From assembly GCF_001194135.2 (NCBI RefSeq), contig NC_068985.1:801046-865045 (forward strand): a stretch of 64,000 nucleotides of DNA, read 5' to 3'. Under the pieces are notes generated by a model. The model was given only the letters and a program-made list of their open reading frames with translations. It searched no databases and was not told the origin of the DNA. Each line of letters begins with the position of its first letter. Position 1 is the stretch's first letter. Shown here piece by piece: positions 49,265 to 62,084 of this stretch. The position numbers were made by a program, and so were the translations under genes. The DNA comes from Octopus bimaculoides. Lineage: Eukaryota.

Positions 49265-49589
49265 AGCTATTGGAGAAGGAGATTGTAAATGACTATTTTT
49301 CATCATCTTTGAGACGTTAATAGTGAGAATAGCTTATTAGTTGGCAGGGTGAGAGTGCTCTTGGTCTTTCCTTGTTGTGTTGAGTGCACATTTTCTTGTG
49401 AGAAAAAGGAATTGTAATAGAGCAGTGTTGTGTCTAGGGACAAATTTGTCTTCCATTCATTACAGAAACTATGGTTGAGTGTTCTTCAGTTCAATTCAAT
49501 GTGGTGTGGGAAGAATTAGCTCTTGGTAAATGTCATAACTATGTAGGTTTCCAATGAAATCCTGCTTTTATCTACAGTTGCAGCCATTA

Positions 49590-49792
49590 GATTTTGGTTC
49601 TAGAATTTCAAATTTTGATAGAAGGCCAGAAATTGTGGGGGAGGCTGCTCAAGTGGTACTTATTTTATCGATTCCAAAAGGATGAAAAGCCAAGTCGATC
49701 CTGGCAGTATTTGAACCCGGAACATAAAGTCAGAAGAAATGCCCCTAAGTACTTTTTCCAATGTGGTAACAATTCTGACATCTTGCTGCCTT
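49590..49792 (-). mobile_element. SINE family B, decayed
   Basis: GTGGTACTTATTTTATCGA..AAAGGATGAAAAGCCAAGTCGATC..TTGAACCCGGAAC..AACAATTCTGAC..GCTGCCTTA. Confidence 0.75.
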
Positions 49793-50984
49793 ATTTTGCT
49801 TCTAAAATATTAACAACAAATTTATAGATATTACGGCAGGCATTATTTTGCGTCCATGTACAAGGCACGTGATTCAGCATACTCCAGATTTTCTGACTGG
49901 AAAAAAACCGGGACCATTATCATTTTCACAGTTTAACATTAAACTGTACGAAGAGATGTCTAATGGTTAAAGTTTTGCTCCAACAGAGACAATTAGACAG
50001 TATATAAATAGACTATGGAGGGAATCGATGCCATTTTATAGCATCTGTGAAATTACCAAGTTTTCTATTATGATAAAAAGTAGAATGGAATATTTTTCCC
50101 AATAGTTAGTATGTCTAGGTTTATTGTATCTCGATCAGTTCTAAAAACCTTTCAGCCAGGTCAGGATCTGCATTTACCTTTAAGTTATTTTTCTGCAGAA
50201 AGAGTGAGAAACAGTGGAATGGAAAAGAAATCTCATATAACCACTGTAATATCTTGTTGTAACAGCTTATTTTTGAGACTCTATTGTCTGGCTGCCAGGG
50301 TTAAAGATAGATGGAGAGTGATAGAGATTAGGGGAGAATAACTGAGATAAATATAGAGATAGAGAAAGAGAGAGAGGGAGAGAGAGAAGGTGTGATAGAA
50401 AGTCACTGAGATTGAAAGATGGTGTGAGAGTTAGAAAAGGAGGTAGACAGAGCTTGTGTGTTATTTGCAATAAATTTGGTAGCTATTTCTAAAAGATTAG
50501 GCAACCACTTAGAACTTCACCTGTTGGCTCATTTCTTATTGTTGCTGTTTAATCAGACACCCCCACCCACCCATCAAATACATAATCAAAGTCATTCCAG
50601 CCATGACTAACCCATTATTTTTTTCATCATACATAGTATATTAAGAACTTTATTATCCAGTTCATCCACCCCTTTTTAAGGTAATCACAGAGTGTGATTT
50701 GAGGGAGTTTTGGCATCTATTTCTACTAAGTTGAGTGATCATATAAAAATTCACTTCCATGATTGACAATGTTCCTTGTTGAACTGGAAACAGTCTGATT
50801 GGTTCAGGGAAGAACTTGTAACCGTTCTGTTTACATGGTTTAACACAAAATACTCCAAAGAGATTCAAATATCAAAAACATTCTGTCATAGTGACATCGT
50901 TGCCATTCCATTAGGGGGTTGAAGATCGAAGGAGGATAGCTCCGTTCAATCCTATCTTTCAGACTAAAGAATAATGGTTTTAAA

Positions 50985-51452
50985 ATTTGGCAGAAGGTCA
51001 GCAAGTTTGGGGGAGGGGTAAGTCAGTTACATCGACCCCAGAATGCAACTGGTATTTATTTTATCAACCCCCAAAAAAGTGAAAGGCAAAGTTGACCAGG
51101 GCAGAATTTGAACTCGAAGGACTGGAAGAACGGTGGTAGCAGGGAATTGTACCAATGTGCCAGAAGGGAGGCTAGGCGACANNNNNNNNNNCCCAGATTG
51201 CTACCAATTCTCACAGCATGCCACTTTTGTAACAATCAAAGAATATTCTTTTCTACTCTAGGCACAAGGCCCGAAATTTTGGGGGAGGAGGCCAGTTGAT
51301 TAGATCGACCCCTGTACACAACTGGTACTTAATTTATCAACCCCAAAAGAATAAAAGGCAAAGTAGACCTCGGCAGAATTTGAACTCAGAACTTAAAGAT
51401 AGAGGAAATAACTCAAAGCATTTCTCCAGGCATGCTAACGTTTCTGCCAGCT
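50985..51452 (-). mobile_element. Two SINE family B copies (50985-51117 truncated; 51236-51452) around a short RTE fragment and a 10-N gap
   Basis: Both carry ATCGACCCC..ACTGGTA(C/T)TTA..AAGGCAAAGT(T/A)GACC..GCAGAATTTGAACTC; 51118-51180 matches RTE text at ~62561-62630. Confidence 0.8.
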
Positions 51453-52229
51453 TTAGTAACAACCAAAGAACATTGAATGAATTCTTGCTTCGAATAACAG
51501 CAATTCCACAATTTTAATCAACTTTAATGTAATCCTTTAATGATTTAATTGTGGAATTAGCTGAAAACATTTCTCATCAGAATACAAAAACCTTGCCATG
51601 GAACACTATGTATTAATCTCTTTCAGAATTTCTGTCTTTTTAAAACCATCTTTTTATTTTATTCATTATATTTTTGCATTTCATTAGTTTTTTTTTTCTT
51701 TTAAGTCAAACATTTACATCTTTTTCTCAAATTAAAATTTGTTTTTATAAGTTTTAGTTCCTTAAACAATTCATTTCTTACTCCTTAATTTTCCCAAAAA
51801 GTAAATAAAATATTCCTGCAACAATTTCACCATATTATAGATTTAAAAAAAAATATTTTAGGATTAATATTTGAACCTGGAAAAAATTACTAAAAAGGAC
51901 AAGGAAATAAAAAAAAATGCAAAAGGTTTTCTTCAGAAAATATGGTTTCCATCAATTTGCAATTCTCTATAGTTTGAGTTCATTGTTTGTTTTTATATCT
52001 TATTTTTCATTTGATTATTTCACTGATTCTCATATTTAAAAATCTATAACTAGAAATAAAGAATTTGTTTTTGTTTCTTTTTTTTTTCTTTTCTATTTTG
52101 CCTTTTTCATCCCCAAATGTTCTGATATAATTCAGAAACAGAACAACATTTAATGTCTCTACAATAATTATATTCTATCACATCACTCTCTATTGTATCA
52201 CACAGTTCAGTTATGTTCTCACAATATCT

Positions 52230-52560
52230 GGCATCTAATGCTGGTGATAACGACGAAGGAGAAATAACACAGATGAATAAGGAGGAGGAGGAGGAGGAGG
52301 TGGTGGATGATGACGGCAATAGTGGTGATGATAATGAGGATGGTGAAGGTGACAACGATTTTGAACATCATACTAATTATGCTGATGTTGATGATGAGAT
52401 GGCAACAATTATGATGATGATGATGATAATGATGATTATTATTTTTTGTTGTTGTTGCTCTTGTTATTTTTATTTAAAGGATTTTCAATGCACAACTCGT
52501 GTTTCTTTGATGATGATGATGATGATGTTCATGATGACGATGATGATGATGATTAACAAG
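52230..52560. repeat. (GAG)/(GAT)n low-complexity tract
   Basis: Direct reading; explains ORF 52213-52644. Confidence 0.8.
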
Positions 52561-52721
52561 ATTTACATCACACGATATATGTTTTCTTTTTTTTCTTCTT
52601 CTTCCCCCCAGTTCACTAATGACATCCACTCTACTGGACAGTGAAGGGTTTAAAATTTTTCTTTGAAATTTGAAGTATATTCACTTGTCAAAGGATTTAC
52701 TAAAAGTAGAGATAAAAGCAT

Positions 52722-53900
52722 CCTCATCATCATCATCGTTGTCATCATCATCATCATCATCATCCTCATCATCATCATCGCTTTAATGTAGTTTTTGTCA
52801 TGATAACATGGGTTGGATAGGTGTACAATACCACATCTAGTCTTTCTTCTCAGTGTCATCTGATTTATGAGGCCTGACATCCTGACATCTGATCTCGCCT
52901 CGTATTTCCTATCCTCTTTAAGTTATGCAAACATACAAAATAAACTTCACAGATCTTTTACATTATTTTGAAGCCAGGCATATTTTTCTTGTTATAGTAA
53001 GACAAAGAAAGGGATTCAGTTGCCATGATTTTTTCACAGACTGCAAGATTGATAACCAAACTCAACAACATTTACATGGTATGACTCAAAAACGATTGCT
53101 TGCAATAGTTCTACATCCTCTTACCAACTATTCCCAGAAAAATCTATCCTTCCAGCTCCTTTATTGCATCTAATCTCCCAGTTCCCTTCATAAAACACTT
53201 CCTTCAGTACAACCTTCTTTGAACCCAAATCCTTGAAAACAGTGGTTCTCAACTATTTTAATATCAGGGTCACATCCAGACCCCAGATTTTTAAGGCAGA
53301 CACACCTAAGAAAGTAAAACACAAGTCAAAGAGAATTTTATTATATTTCTAAAAGGAAGACCACCAAGGGGCCACTGGAAGAAGGATTCTTGAGGGCCAC
53401 AGTTGAGTACCACGGCTCTAGAGTGTCTCTCAACCTACATTTTGACCTGCAGACATTAACATACACTTATTCAAACTGAACACCAGATGCATGAAGGAGA
53501 TGCCTCTATCTATAATGCCTCAGCCTCACTTTTCTTAAAGATGGTCTGCAAAGATAAATAACTTTGGCTGATCTCTTTTCATTCAAATACCATAGGCTGC
53601 CCAGTTAATCTGTTTGTCTCTCTCAGCTTCGTGAGTCAAAAGCTTTCAGTTACACCCCATTTTTGCATTATGCGTTGATAGGTCTCTCTGACCTACACTC
53701 CATGAACCTATTCTATTGTTGCCCAAGGTTTGGCTAATCTCACACACTCTTCTTTTGTATATTAATGAGCTACTTGTCTTCCATTCTAATAGTTTGCAAT
53801 TCTATGCCAATTCTACCATCATTTAGTCTTACTTAACCTTCCTCACTCAGGTGTCATCTGCACAAAACCTAAACAATAAGCAACAAATATACACGACCTA
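52722..53900 (-). pseudogene. Decayed RTE LINE 3' portion ending in a (GAT)n tail, interrupted by a hAT MITE
   Basis: The tail CCAACCCATGTTATCATG..TTAAAGCG(ATG)n is preceded by broken RTE C-terminal-like frames (INWAAYG near 53600; DVRPHKSDDTEKKD*MWY near 52830-52890). Confidence 0.45.
53240..53415. mobile_element. hAT-Charlie-type MITE
   Basis: Ends CAGTGGTTCTCAACT and AGTTGAGTACCACGG (the CAGTGGTTCTCAAC TIR type). The right flank CTCTAGAG fits the NTCTAGAN Charlie target; the left TSD is degenerate. Confidence 0.8.
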
Positions 53901-54918
53901 CAAAAATAAAATGGAGAGTTAAGTAAAAGACCCAGGAAATTCTGTTTTTGCTTGAAAATAAGATAGACCCATTTCATGTTCAGTAGCATTTCCACATTCT
54001 TGAAGATATTTCCAAGGTTTCTAACGTTCTGGAGAAACTATTTGTTTGTGAATTTGATTTGTATGGAGGAAGAGTCATGAGCACACAGTCTTCATATTTC
54101 TGTATCTTTGAGAGAACTCAGTTGAGATGAAGGAAGGCATCGAAGTGCAAAGAGATGTTAGTGCTACATTCTGCTGTGGTCCACCTTCTCTCAGTGCATA
54201 ATAGCCATCAGTTGGTTTTGAACTCAGATCATATGGAGCCACTACAGATGCTACAAATTGTCTTGTCTGATGCTTTTACAATTCTACCAGTCCATTAGTT
54301 CTGTGTTTATTGATCATGAAAGACTGAAAGACAAGTTTGACCTCAGCAAGATCTGAATTCAGTGCACACACAGAGCCATAACATAGAAACACATTAACAA
54401 GTCTGCTAATTCTCCCCCCCCCCCATCCCCTGCTGTATACAGACAACAAAACAAAGTGAAACAAGTAACTTTGTTATTGATAACAGTTTCACTGAAACAT
54501 GTCGAAAACATCAATGGAAGCAACTGGCTTTGACTGAAAAAATGAAACAAGTGTTGAAACTCATCCTCAAATTATCCCATACAGCATGATTAAAGGGTTG
54601 ACTTCAGCTACGACTAAACATGAAAATCTGTGTTTAATCCTAAAAAGAATGAAATAATCAATAGAATTTGCCCATATTTTTATAAAGAGAAACAAAACAA
54701 AACAAAAAAAAAAAGAACTGAAAAATGGGATATTTTAGTCTGCTTTGAGAAAAAAAAAGAATATCTGATATTTTGTGCAAGATCCTTTACTAGAAAGAAA
54801 ACTAACTTTGATTAGAATTTTTAAATTCACATGAGCTTCATATATTGATTTATTTCATAAAATTCAATAAAAAGCTTGATATTCAGTAAATATATATTCA
54901 TGAAGTCAGGGTAAATTC

Positions 54919-54965
<47 letters not shown>

Positions 54966-55075
54966 GCAGCCATTGCATCTGTCTCCCATTGATTGAATCA
55001 AAATCTTTGGCCTTATCAGTGGAAATGATTTAAGATATTATGTGTAACCCATCTAAATTGCTAAACCTCATAATG

Positions 55076-55313
55076 CTTTGGAGTAAAGATTATTTGCCAA
55101 CATAACATGGCAGTCCTGGTTTAGGATGAATGTTTCTGTAATTTAGCCCCAGGAGACATCATCTCCAGCTGGAAACAATATCTCCTGGGGCTAAATTACA
55201 GCAACATTCATCCAAAACCAGGACTGCCATGTTATGTTGGCAAATAATCTTTACCACAAAGTACTGTTGCTGAATATCTCTCATTGTGAGATTTAGAAAT
55301 AGTAATTTTCTAA
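55076..55313. mobile_element. Loop-less palindrome + unique tail, 9-bp TSD; copy 2 (inverted relative to copy 1)
   Basis: Arms 55076-55168 and 55169-55261; tail 55262-55311 is the reverse complement of ~37023-37072; CTCATAATG at 55067-55075 and 55314-55322. Confidence 0.9.
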
Positions 55314-55933
55314 CTCATAATGCTTTTCCAAATGATATGATGAGAACTGTGTGGTAAGATAAATCTATGTCCAGGGGTTTCAAAGGGAAGATCCACAACG
55401 GGTCCTTACACTAACAGTCTATGATATCTTTCCTTTTCCCCTACTCCCATGACATGCAAATAAAGTCTTAACTGACAATCTGCCTCCGCTTGTGATCCAA
55501 TGACCAGCTCTTGGCCACACAAAAGGCCAAACCTAAAATGAGACTTTCTACAAGTATGCAGTCTGCTGATTTAGTGATCTCCTCAAACTCTGCCAAAGAC
55601 TTACAAAACCTTATAAAGAGATTCTCAAGATAGGGACACTCACTTGGTCTGACAATCTCAAGACTAAAGTCTTGAGATAAGGAATCCTCTTCCTCCTCCT
55701 TCTCTTCCACCTCTTCCTTCTCTTCTTCCTTTTCTGTCTCTTCCTCCTCTTCCTTCTCTTCCTCCTCTTGCACCTCTTCCTCCTCCTCCCTCTTCTTTCT
55801 CCCTCATCTACTTTAATTTGCTTTCTCCATAGTATGCATCACTGAAAGATGCTACACATGCAGGTGTGTGCGTGCACACACACACATGCACACAAACAAA
55901 TACACACAAATTGTGATATATATATATAGAGAG

Positions 55934-56355
55934 AGAGATGCCTATAATAGGACATCTAACCTGCTAGAAAGAGCAGCAAAAAACTCTATACCACAAAAAT
56001 AGGGATAATTTCGAAAGAGAATGAAAAATAAAAACATTTTTACCAGTCTATACTCTGTACCATGGTTTCAAGCTATTTAGCAAGATAAAAATATATCTAA
56101 CTCGGGAGCTTTCGTCAGCAGAGTGCCGGATTAGTGTGTAAACACGAGCCAAGGAAAGAACCTGACTCCAGTTTACATGCTTAATTTCTCAAAACTTAAC
56201 CACGCATGTGCGCATTAACTAATCGGCATTAAATGTAAAATAAATNNNNNNNNNNGCGAGAATAAAAAATGAGTCAATAGACTACATATATATTATTCAT
56301 TTAAAATTTTTGCTGCTCTTTCTAGCGGGTTAGATGTCCTATTATAGGCATCTCT
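55934..56355. mobile_element. Candidate MITE with 49-bp TIRs and a CpG-rich interior (spans a 10-N gap)
   Basis: AGAGATGCCTATAATAGGACATCTAACCTGCTAGAAAGAGCAGCAAAAA (55934-55982) is inverted at 56307-56355 with one mismatch. Confidence 0.55.
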
Positions 56356-56468
56356 ATATTTTAAATGAATAATATATATGTAGTCTATTGACTAATTTTT
56401 TATTCTCGCTGGACCACTGGTGGTAAATTAAATTTCTAAAATTTCTTTTGCTGCCCTATGATTAATAA

Positions 56469-56515
<47 letters not shown>

Positions 56516-56545
56516 CAAGAGTTAAGGAATAGAGTAGATAAAGTT

Positions 56546-57011
56546 TGGGCTACATCTGTTTCATAGTGAGCGGAACCTCAGGAATGGTAAATATCCAAGT
56601 GAGATGTATACCACAGGCTACTTTTTAGGTCAAGGTTATTTTGATTATATGAAGTTTAACTTGTCATTAGGAGGCCCATGCTAAACACATGGAGGATTTG
56701 ACAAAAGTGATGGAAAACCTTCGTTTCCCACTACAACCACACAACCAATTTTGCAAACCCGGACCACCAAGCCCTCCTCCGTGAATTTAGATCCCACAGA
56801 AACCCACCTCCTAACCGACACCTCAACAATTTCAAATAGGACCTTACTGTGTTCTGATTGAATCCTCTGTGTGTTAACATGGGTCTCCTAACGACAAGTT
56901 AAACTTCATATTATTCTTGACCCTTGGTTTGAAGAGTAACCTGCAGTGTACACCTCGCTTGAATATTTACCACTTCTGAGGTTCTGCTGGCTATGAAACT
57001 TATGAAGTCCA
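56546..57011. repeat. Old inverted repeat, ~150-bp arms (56546-56698, 56861-57011), 162-bp spacer
   Basis: GTTTCATAG..GGAACCTCAG..TGGTAAATATCCAAG..GGTCAAG..ATATGAAGTTTAACTTGTCATTAGGAGGCCCATG..GAGGATT is mirrored on the other arm, roughly 80% identical by eye. Confidence 0.85.
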
Positions 57012-57902
57012 GATTTCATCTCCTCCATTCCTTAACTTCTGGTTTTTTATTCACATACCTGGCAACCCTGCCAACTGTGAAATATGAAACAATTTTTTCC
57101 AGCTTATCATACAGGAAAAATTCACAACCTTCTGCACACTGATAAACCACTATTGTTCCCAAAAGTTGCCTTTTTTCATATTTTCTACAGATTGGTTGAA
57201 ACTTACTTTCTTCCTACACCTCAACCCTTGGATCATTCATTTATTTATACTTAATACATAAGAAACAAGTTTAAATAATGATCATTACATATAATTCCTT
57301 TATTTGAGCAAATTTGGCTTACAGCTGTTTCCAGTAATCATTATAGATAGGTTTACTCGATTGGTCTAAAAATCAGTTGAAGCAAATTGAACGACCTAAG
57401 AAAATTAATGCTACTTTCGTCAGAGCCATTTCTGGAAATAACAAGCAGAGCCCCTGAAGAATGGGTATTGCGTAGGGAAGGTGGGGGAAGATGGGGGAAG
57501 ATGGGGATATCCGAGTAGAATAGAGAATAGGGAAAGACAGGTTACAAAGAGGTGGAAGCAAGTAAGGAAGTGGTACAAGAGTCACTTTGTAGAAGTAGGA
57601 GTGTTGTACTGCCAAATTTAGAAGAAGGACAGTCTCAAACATGTGTCAGCACCCATTACTGTAATGTACACAGACATTTACACAAACACACAAACATATA
57701 TATATGTATATATAGTTTACTGTTCCATGAAGGTAAGACAAACAAAGCCAGTAGTCTATCCAGTGAGAAATAAATATCATTTAATGTACACAAGTATAAA
57801 GACATGAGTTACTAATAGTTTCTTGCTGTAAAGACACATGCTTAACCAGGTTTTAAGCCAGGTGTCTTCACAGCAAGAAACTATATATATATATATATAT
57901 AC

Positions 57903-57940
<38 letters not shown>

Positions 57941-58308
57941 TATATACATACATTAGTTTGTCTCTTTGACATTGATGTGTGGTTCATGAAGTCATTTTGC
58001 TGTCATGTGTTCGCAGGTTCAATATCACACCTTGGCATCTTTCTACACACATACAAACACACCTACAAAGTCATTCTCAAAATGTTTGAAAAATCAACTC
58101 CCTAGATACTATGTTATCTACAGCTGAAATCTCAAACTTTAATTAGTTCACTAATTGACAAAATTGTTTTATTTCTCAATGAAATCCAGGCATCATTAGA
58201 ACTTTGTTGTTAATCTTTAAAGCTAATCTTTATCTGTAAATTTTAATAATTTCTGTCCTTTCATGGTTACCTTCACAGAGATTAATAAAAGAAGTTAGCT
58301 TTAATGAC

Positions 58309-58348
<40 letters not shown>

Positions 58349-59259
58349 TGGATGATGATGAAGATGATGTTGATGATGATGATAAATCTTTCCTTTGTTA
58401 GCCACAAGAGCTTGAAAAGAGGAAAATATGAAACTTTTGCTACAGGTTACATAGAAATAAAAGATAAAGTGAACGGAAAAGGAAAAAACATTAAGAAACG
58501 CAAAAAGCAGGGTTAAAAGACATTATATAATGTATGGAAGGAAGGAATGAGAATTTTAAAGGTGTTCGTGCATAGACATACATACAAACATCCATCCATA
58601 CATACATACAAATATCCCTTCATCCATTCTTCCATCCATCCATCCATCCATTCATACATACATACATACATACATACATACATACATACATACATAGGTA
58701 CATCTACACATATACACACATATACCTCTACACAGTCACACATATTTGTATGTAAATAATTAGAAGGTACAATACAACGCACCATAACTAAAACAAATTA
58801 TAATTTCAGGCAAATAAAAAATTAAAGTTCACTGGTTAGAGACTGAGTTGGCCACTGCATGATCCGCTTCATTGAACCATTACTCAAACTGCGTTTGAGT
58901 GCAATCAGATGCACCATCAAGCATATTTAGAGATATTTCATGTTCATAGATACCAACATCTTGAGGATATTCTTTCTAAACTTTCATGCTTTAATTTTAA
59001 TTTTACTAGCAGTCAATGTTTATTATGTTGTTTATAGTCTAAACTTAACAGTTTATGTGTCATTGCTAATTCTTCTGATAGTCTGTGACATAACAACTCA
59101 TCATTTTGTCTTTTAACTGTTTGTTTGATTTTCAGAGAATGGTGAATTTTAGTTTATCTTTGTCCCCTACCCTGAAGTTTCTTTGTTATTCTCTTGAGGG
59201 GGATTTGTTTGCATTGTAATATACACGAAAACTGAAAAAAATCCCATGTCTGTTTTCGT

Positions 59260-59460
59260 CCCCCACTACCATTTGACAACCGGTGTTGCTGTGTTTATGT
59301 CCTCATAATGCAGTGGCTCAGCAAAAGAGGCCAATAGAATAAGTGCCAGGTTTAAAACCATCCAACCCATGCCAGCATGAAAAACAGACATTAAATGATG
59401 CTACTGCTGCATACGATGATGGTGATGATGATGATTTGGTGATGATGATGATGTGCATCT
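59260..59460 (+). mobile_element. SINE A 3' fragment fused to a family C tail
   Basis: TTGACAACCGGTGTTG..GCAAAAGAGGCCAATAGAATAAGT, then ATCCAACCCATGCCAGCATGAAAAACAGACATTAAATGATG. Confidence 0.7.
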
Positions 59461-59604
59461 TCACTGCTATGAATATATGCAGATTTGACTTTCTGCACCA
59501 GCTTCCACAATTATATCTCATAGAAGTATATATCAGGCAAAGAAACAACATGCACATCAAAGAAAAATAACTTTCCATGGTGCCCTCTCTCTCCCTCTCA
59601 TATA

Positions 59605-59660
<56 letters not shown>

Positions 59661-59809
59661 TTGTAGAGTGAGACAGAAAAAGAAAGAAAGCATCTTAAAT
59701 GGTTGTAATTTGATGATTGTGCAATTTTGTTAATTTTATGCATTGTTTTGCCAATGTTGCTTGATTGATAAAAACGTGTCATGAGGAAATAAATGGAGAA
59801 GGTGACGTG

Positions 59810-59960
59810 GTCAGCACTTAAAGATCTACCTCTGAGCATAGCAGTGGCTACCTTCTGTTGCACCAAAATCCTGATGAATATTTGTAACCGGCAAGTAGAG
59901 GCCTTTGATACAACTGATCACATCATCAACATTTTATCCTTTGTATCGTCTTATCTATTG
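59810..59960 (+). pseudogene. L2/CR1-like RT scrap
   Basis: VEAFDTTDHII (KAFDTVDHxIL motif) inside ORF 59793-60023. Confidence 0.4.
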
Positions 59961-60214
59961 GTAATATTTCTCACTGCACTCATTCGAAGCTCACATATAC
60001 ATCAGCTACATCTTACATTTTGAAGAGCGCACAATCCATATCACATTTTCATCATGAATACATATGCTTTATGCAAATTCTGTATACATTTGAATACATA
60101 AGTTATTGCTATGGCAACATTCTTAATGCTTTGCATTTCATCCAATACATATAATATCTGCTTTAAGAGATATTTTGATTTGTTTTTTTCTAGGATATGT
60201 TTAAATAGTGTGTA

Positions 60215-60221
60215 TGCAATG

Positions 60222-60252
<31 letters not shown>

Positions 60253-60485
60253 TGCACACACACATATATACACATACATACACACACACACAGACACACG
60301 CACATATATATGTATATATATAGAGAGAGGCACACACACACATGATATATACATATAAATATGTATGTGTGTATAAATATATATATATATACTTATATAT
60401 TTATATATATACACATATACATATATATATATATGTATATATATGTGTGTATATATATATATATGTGTGTGCATGTGTATGTATA
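60215..60485. repeat. (TA)n/(CA)n/(TG)n compound microsatellite
   Basis: Direct reading. Confidence 0.95.
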
Positions 60486-60936
60486 AAGAGGAAGAGAGGG
60501 GGAGAGGAAGATAGAGAGAAAGAGAGAAGAGAGCAATATTTTACCCAAATATGATTTCAAAAACAAGTTGATTTCTTCTGCAATGTCTTTAGAAGCAGAT
60601 AAAAAAAAATAACCCTCAAAGAACATCAATAAGTTTTCGATTATAGTTTAATGTTTAAAGATGGTAAAATCTTAACGAAATCAAATGAAGTTTCAGATAT
60701 TATGAAGCATTTTAAAAAAGCTTCCATATTCCTGAAACTTAACTGAGTAACTTCATAAGCCTCTTGCCGCCTAATTCTACCAATATCTTTTTCTCTTCCA
60801 GATTCTGTCTTAGTCAAATTTATGATGTGAAAGAAAGATTTGTTTAATCTTAGCTTCCAAGTATTCTTTTATCTCATGTTTGTGTATATATATATGTGTG
60901 TATATGAGTGCAAACATGTGCATGTGTGTAAATGAG

Positions 60937-60973
<37 letters not shown>

Positions 60974-61448
60974 CACACATATATATATATTCAGTTGGTT
61001 GTTCTTCATTTCTGAATATTTCCAGTTTCTTGAATTTTTTCATTTGTTCTGCTATTTCTGCTGACTGGAATGACCAATCCTTGCATGAAACATGCATCCT
61101 TGCAAGTTGCTCTTAATAGCTGTGGATGGACATGGTTGGCTTCACTGAATGTGGTTTGTCTTTGGTGTTTGTTCTCTTCATGTCCTTGTTCAAACAGTTC
61201 TGCAACAGTTGAGATGTTTCGATGCAAGGTTTTGCAATCTGCTGTTTGTTTTTAGGATGAGGTTGGCCTTCCTCATCGTCTGTTTCTATTGTTCTTTGAA
61301 ATGTCTTGGAGGGAAGGCAGTTGCTGTGTTGCTACTGATGATTAGCTCTGAGTGTGTGCATGTGTGTGTGTGTGTGTGCGTGTGCGTGTGTGTGTGTGTG
61401 CGTGTGTGTGTGTGTGCGTGTGCGTGTGTGTGTGTGCGTGTGTGTGTT

Positions 61449-61615
61449 AAAGCACACACATCAAGCTATAAATAACATGTAAATATTGAGGTGGAACAAC
61501 CTTTTGGGATAGAAGACGTCAAAGGCCACCTTTGACGTTTTCTATCCAAAAGGTTGTTCTAACCCAATATTTACATGTTGTTGTTATATTATTTATATCT
61601 TTATGTGTGTGCTTT
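61449..61615. repeat. ~77-bp-arm palindrome with a 3-nt loop
   Basis: AAAGCACACACATC..AACATGTAAATATTG..GAACAACCTTTTGGGATAGAAGACGTCAAAGG|CCA|CCTTTGACGTTTTCTATCCAAAAGGTTGTTC..CAATATTTACATGTT..ATGTGTGTGCTTT; ~10-bp insertion in the right arm. Confidence 0.9.
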
Positions 61616-61724
61616 GAGATATTTAAAAAACAAATTAATTCATGTTCTCTTGAAAGTTTATAACATTCCTACAATGTCCACATATATATGCTAGTACCAC
61701 GTAAAAAGTATTCATGTTGGTACC

Positions 61725-61890
61725 ATGTAGAGGCACCCAGCGCACACTGTGAAGTGGCTGGTGATAGGAAGGGCATCCACTTGTAGAAAGCAAGCCAAAT
61801 CAGACAGGAACCTGGTGCAGCTCTTCAGCTTGCCAACTCTGGTCAAACTGTCCAACCCATGTCTGCATGGAAAATGGATGTTAAAAGATT
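61725..61890 (+). mobile_element. Family C element
   Basis: GTGATAGGAAGGGCATCCACTTGTAGAAA..GCCAAATCAGAC..CTGTCCAACCCATGTCTGCATGGAAAATGGATGTTAAA. Confidence 0.85.
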
Positions 61891-62084
61891 ATGGTAATAT
61901 ATATATATAGGTAGGAAAGCAGATGCTTAATGTTACAGGCTGATCTCTCTGATTTCCCATGTTAGCAAGCTCATGGAATTCATTGTCAGAAGGAGATTGG
62001 TCATGTTCCTGGAACAGAATAACTTGCTCATAAACACACAACATGGTTTCTGCAGCTGGAGGAGCTGCATCACACAACTGCAAC

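Noticed and set aside
61006-61340. Overlapping minus-strand open frames of ~73 codons (..ETDDEEGQPHPKNK..; ..ELFEQGHEENKHQRQ..)
   Set aside because: No start or splice context and no recognisable domain; left unannotated.
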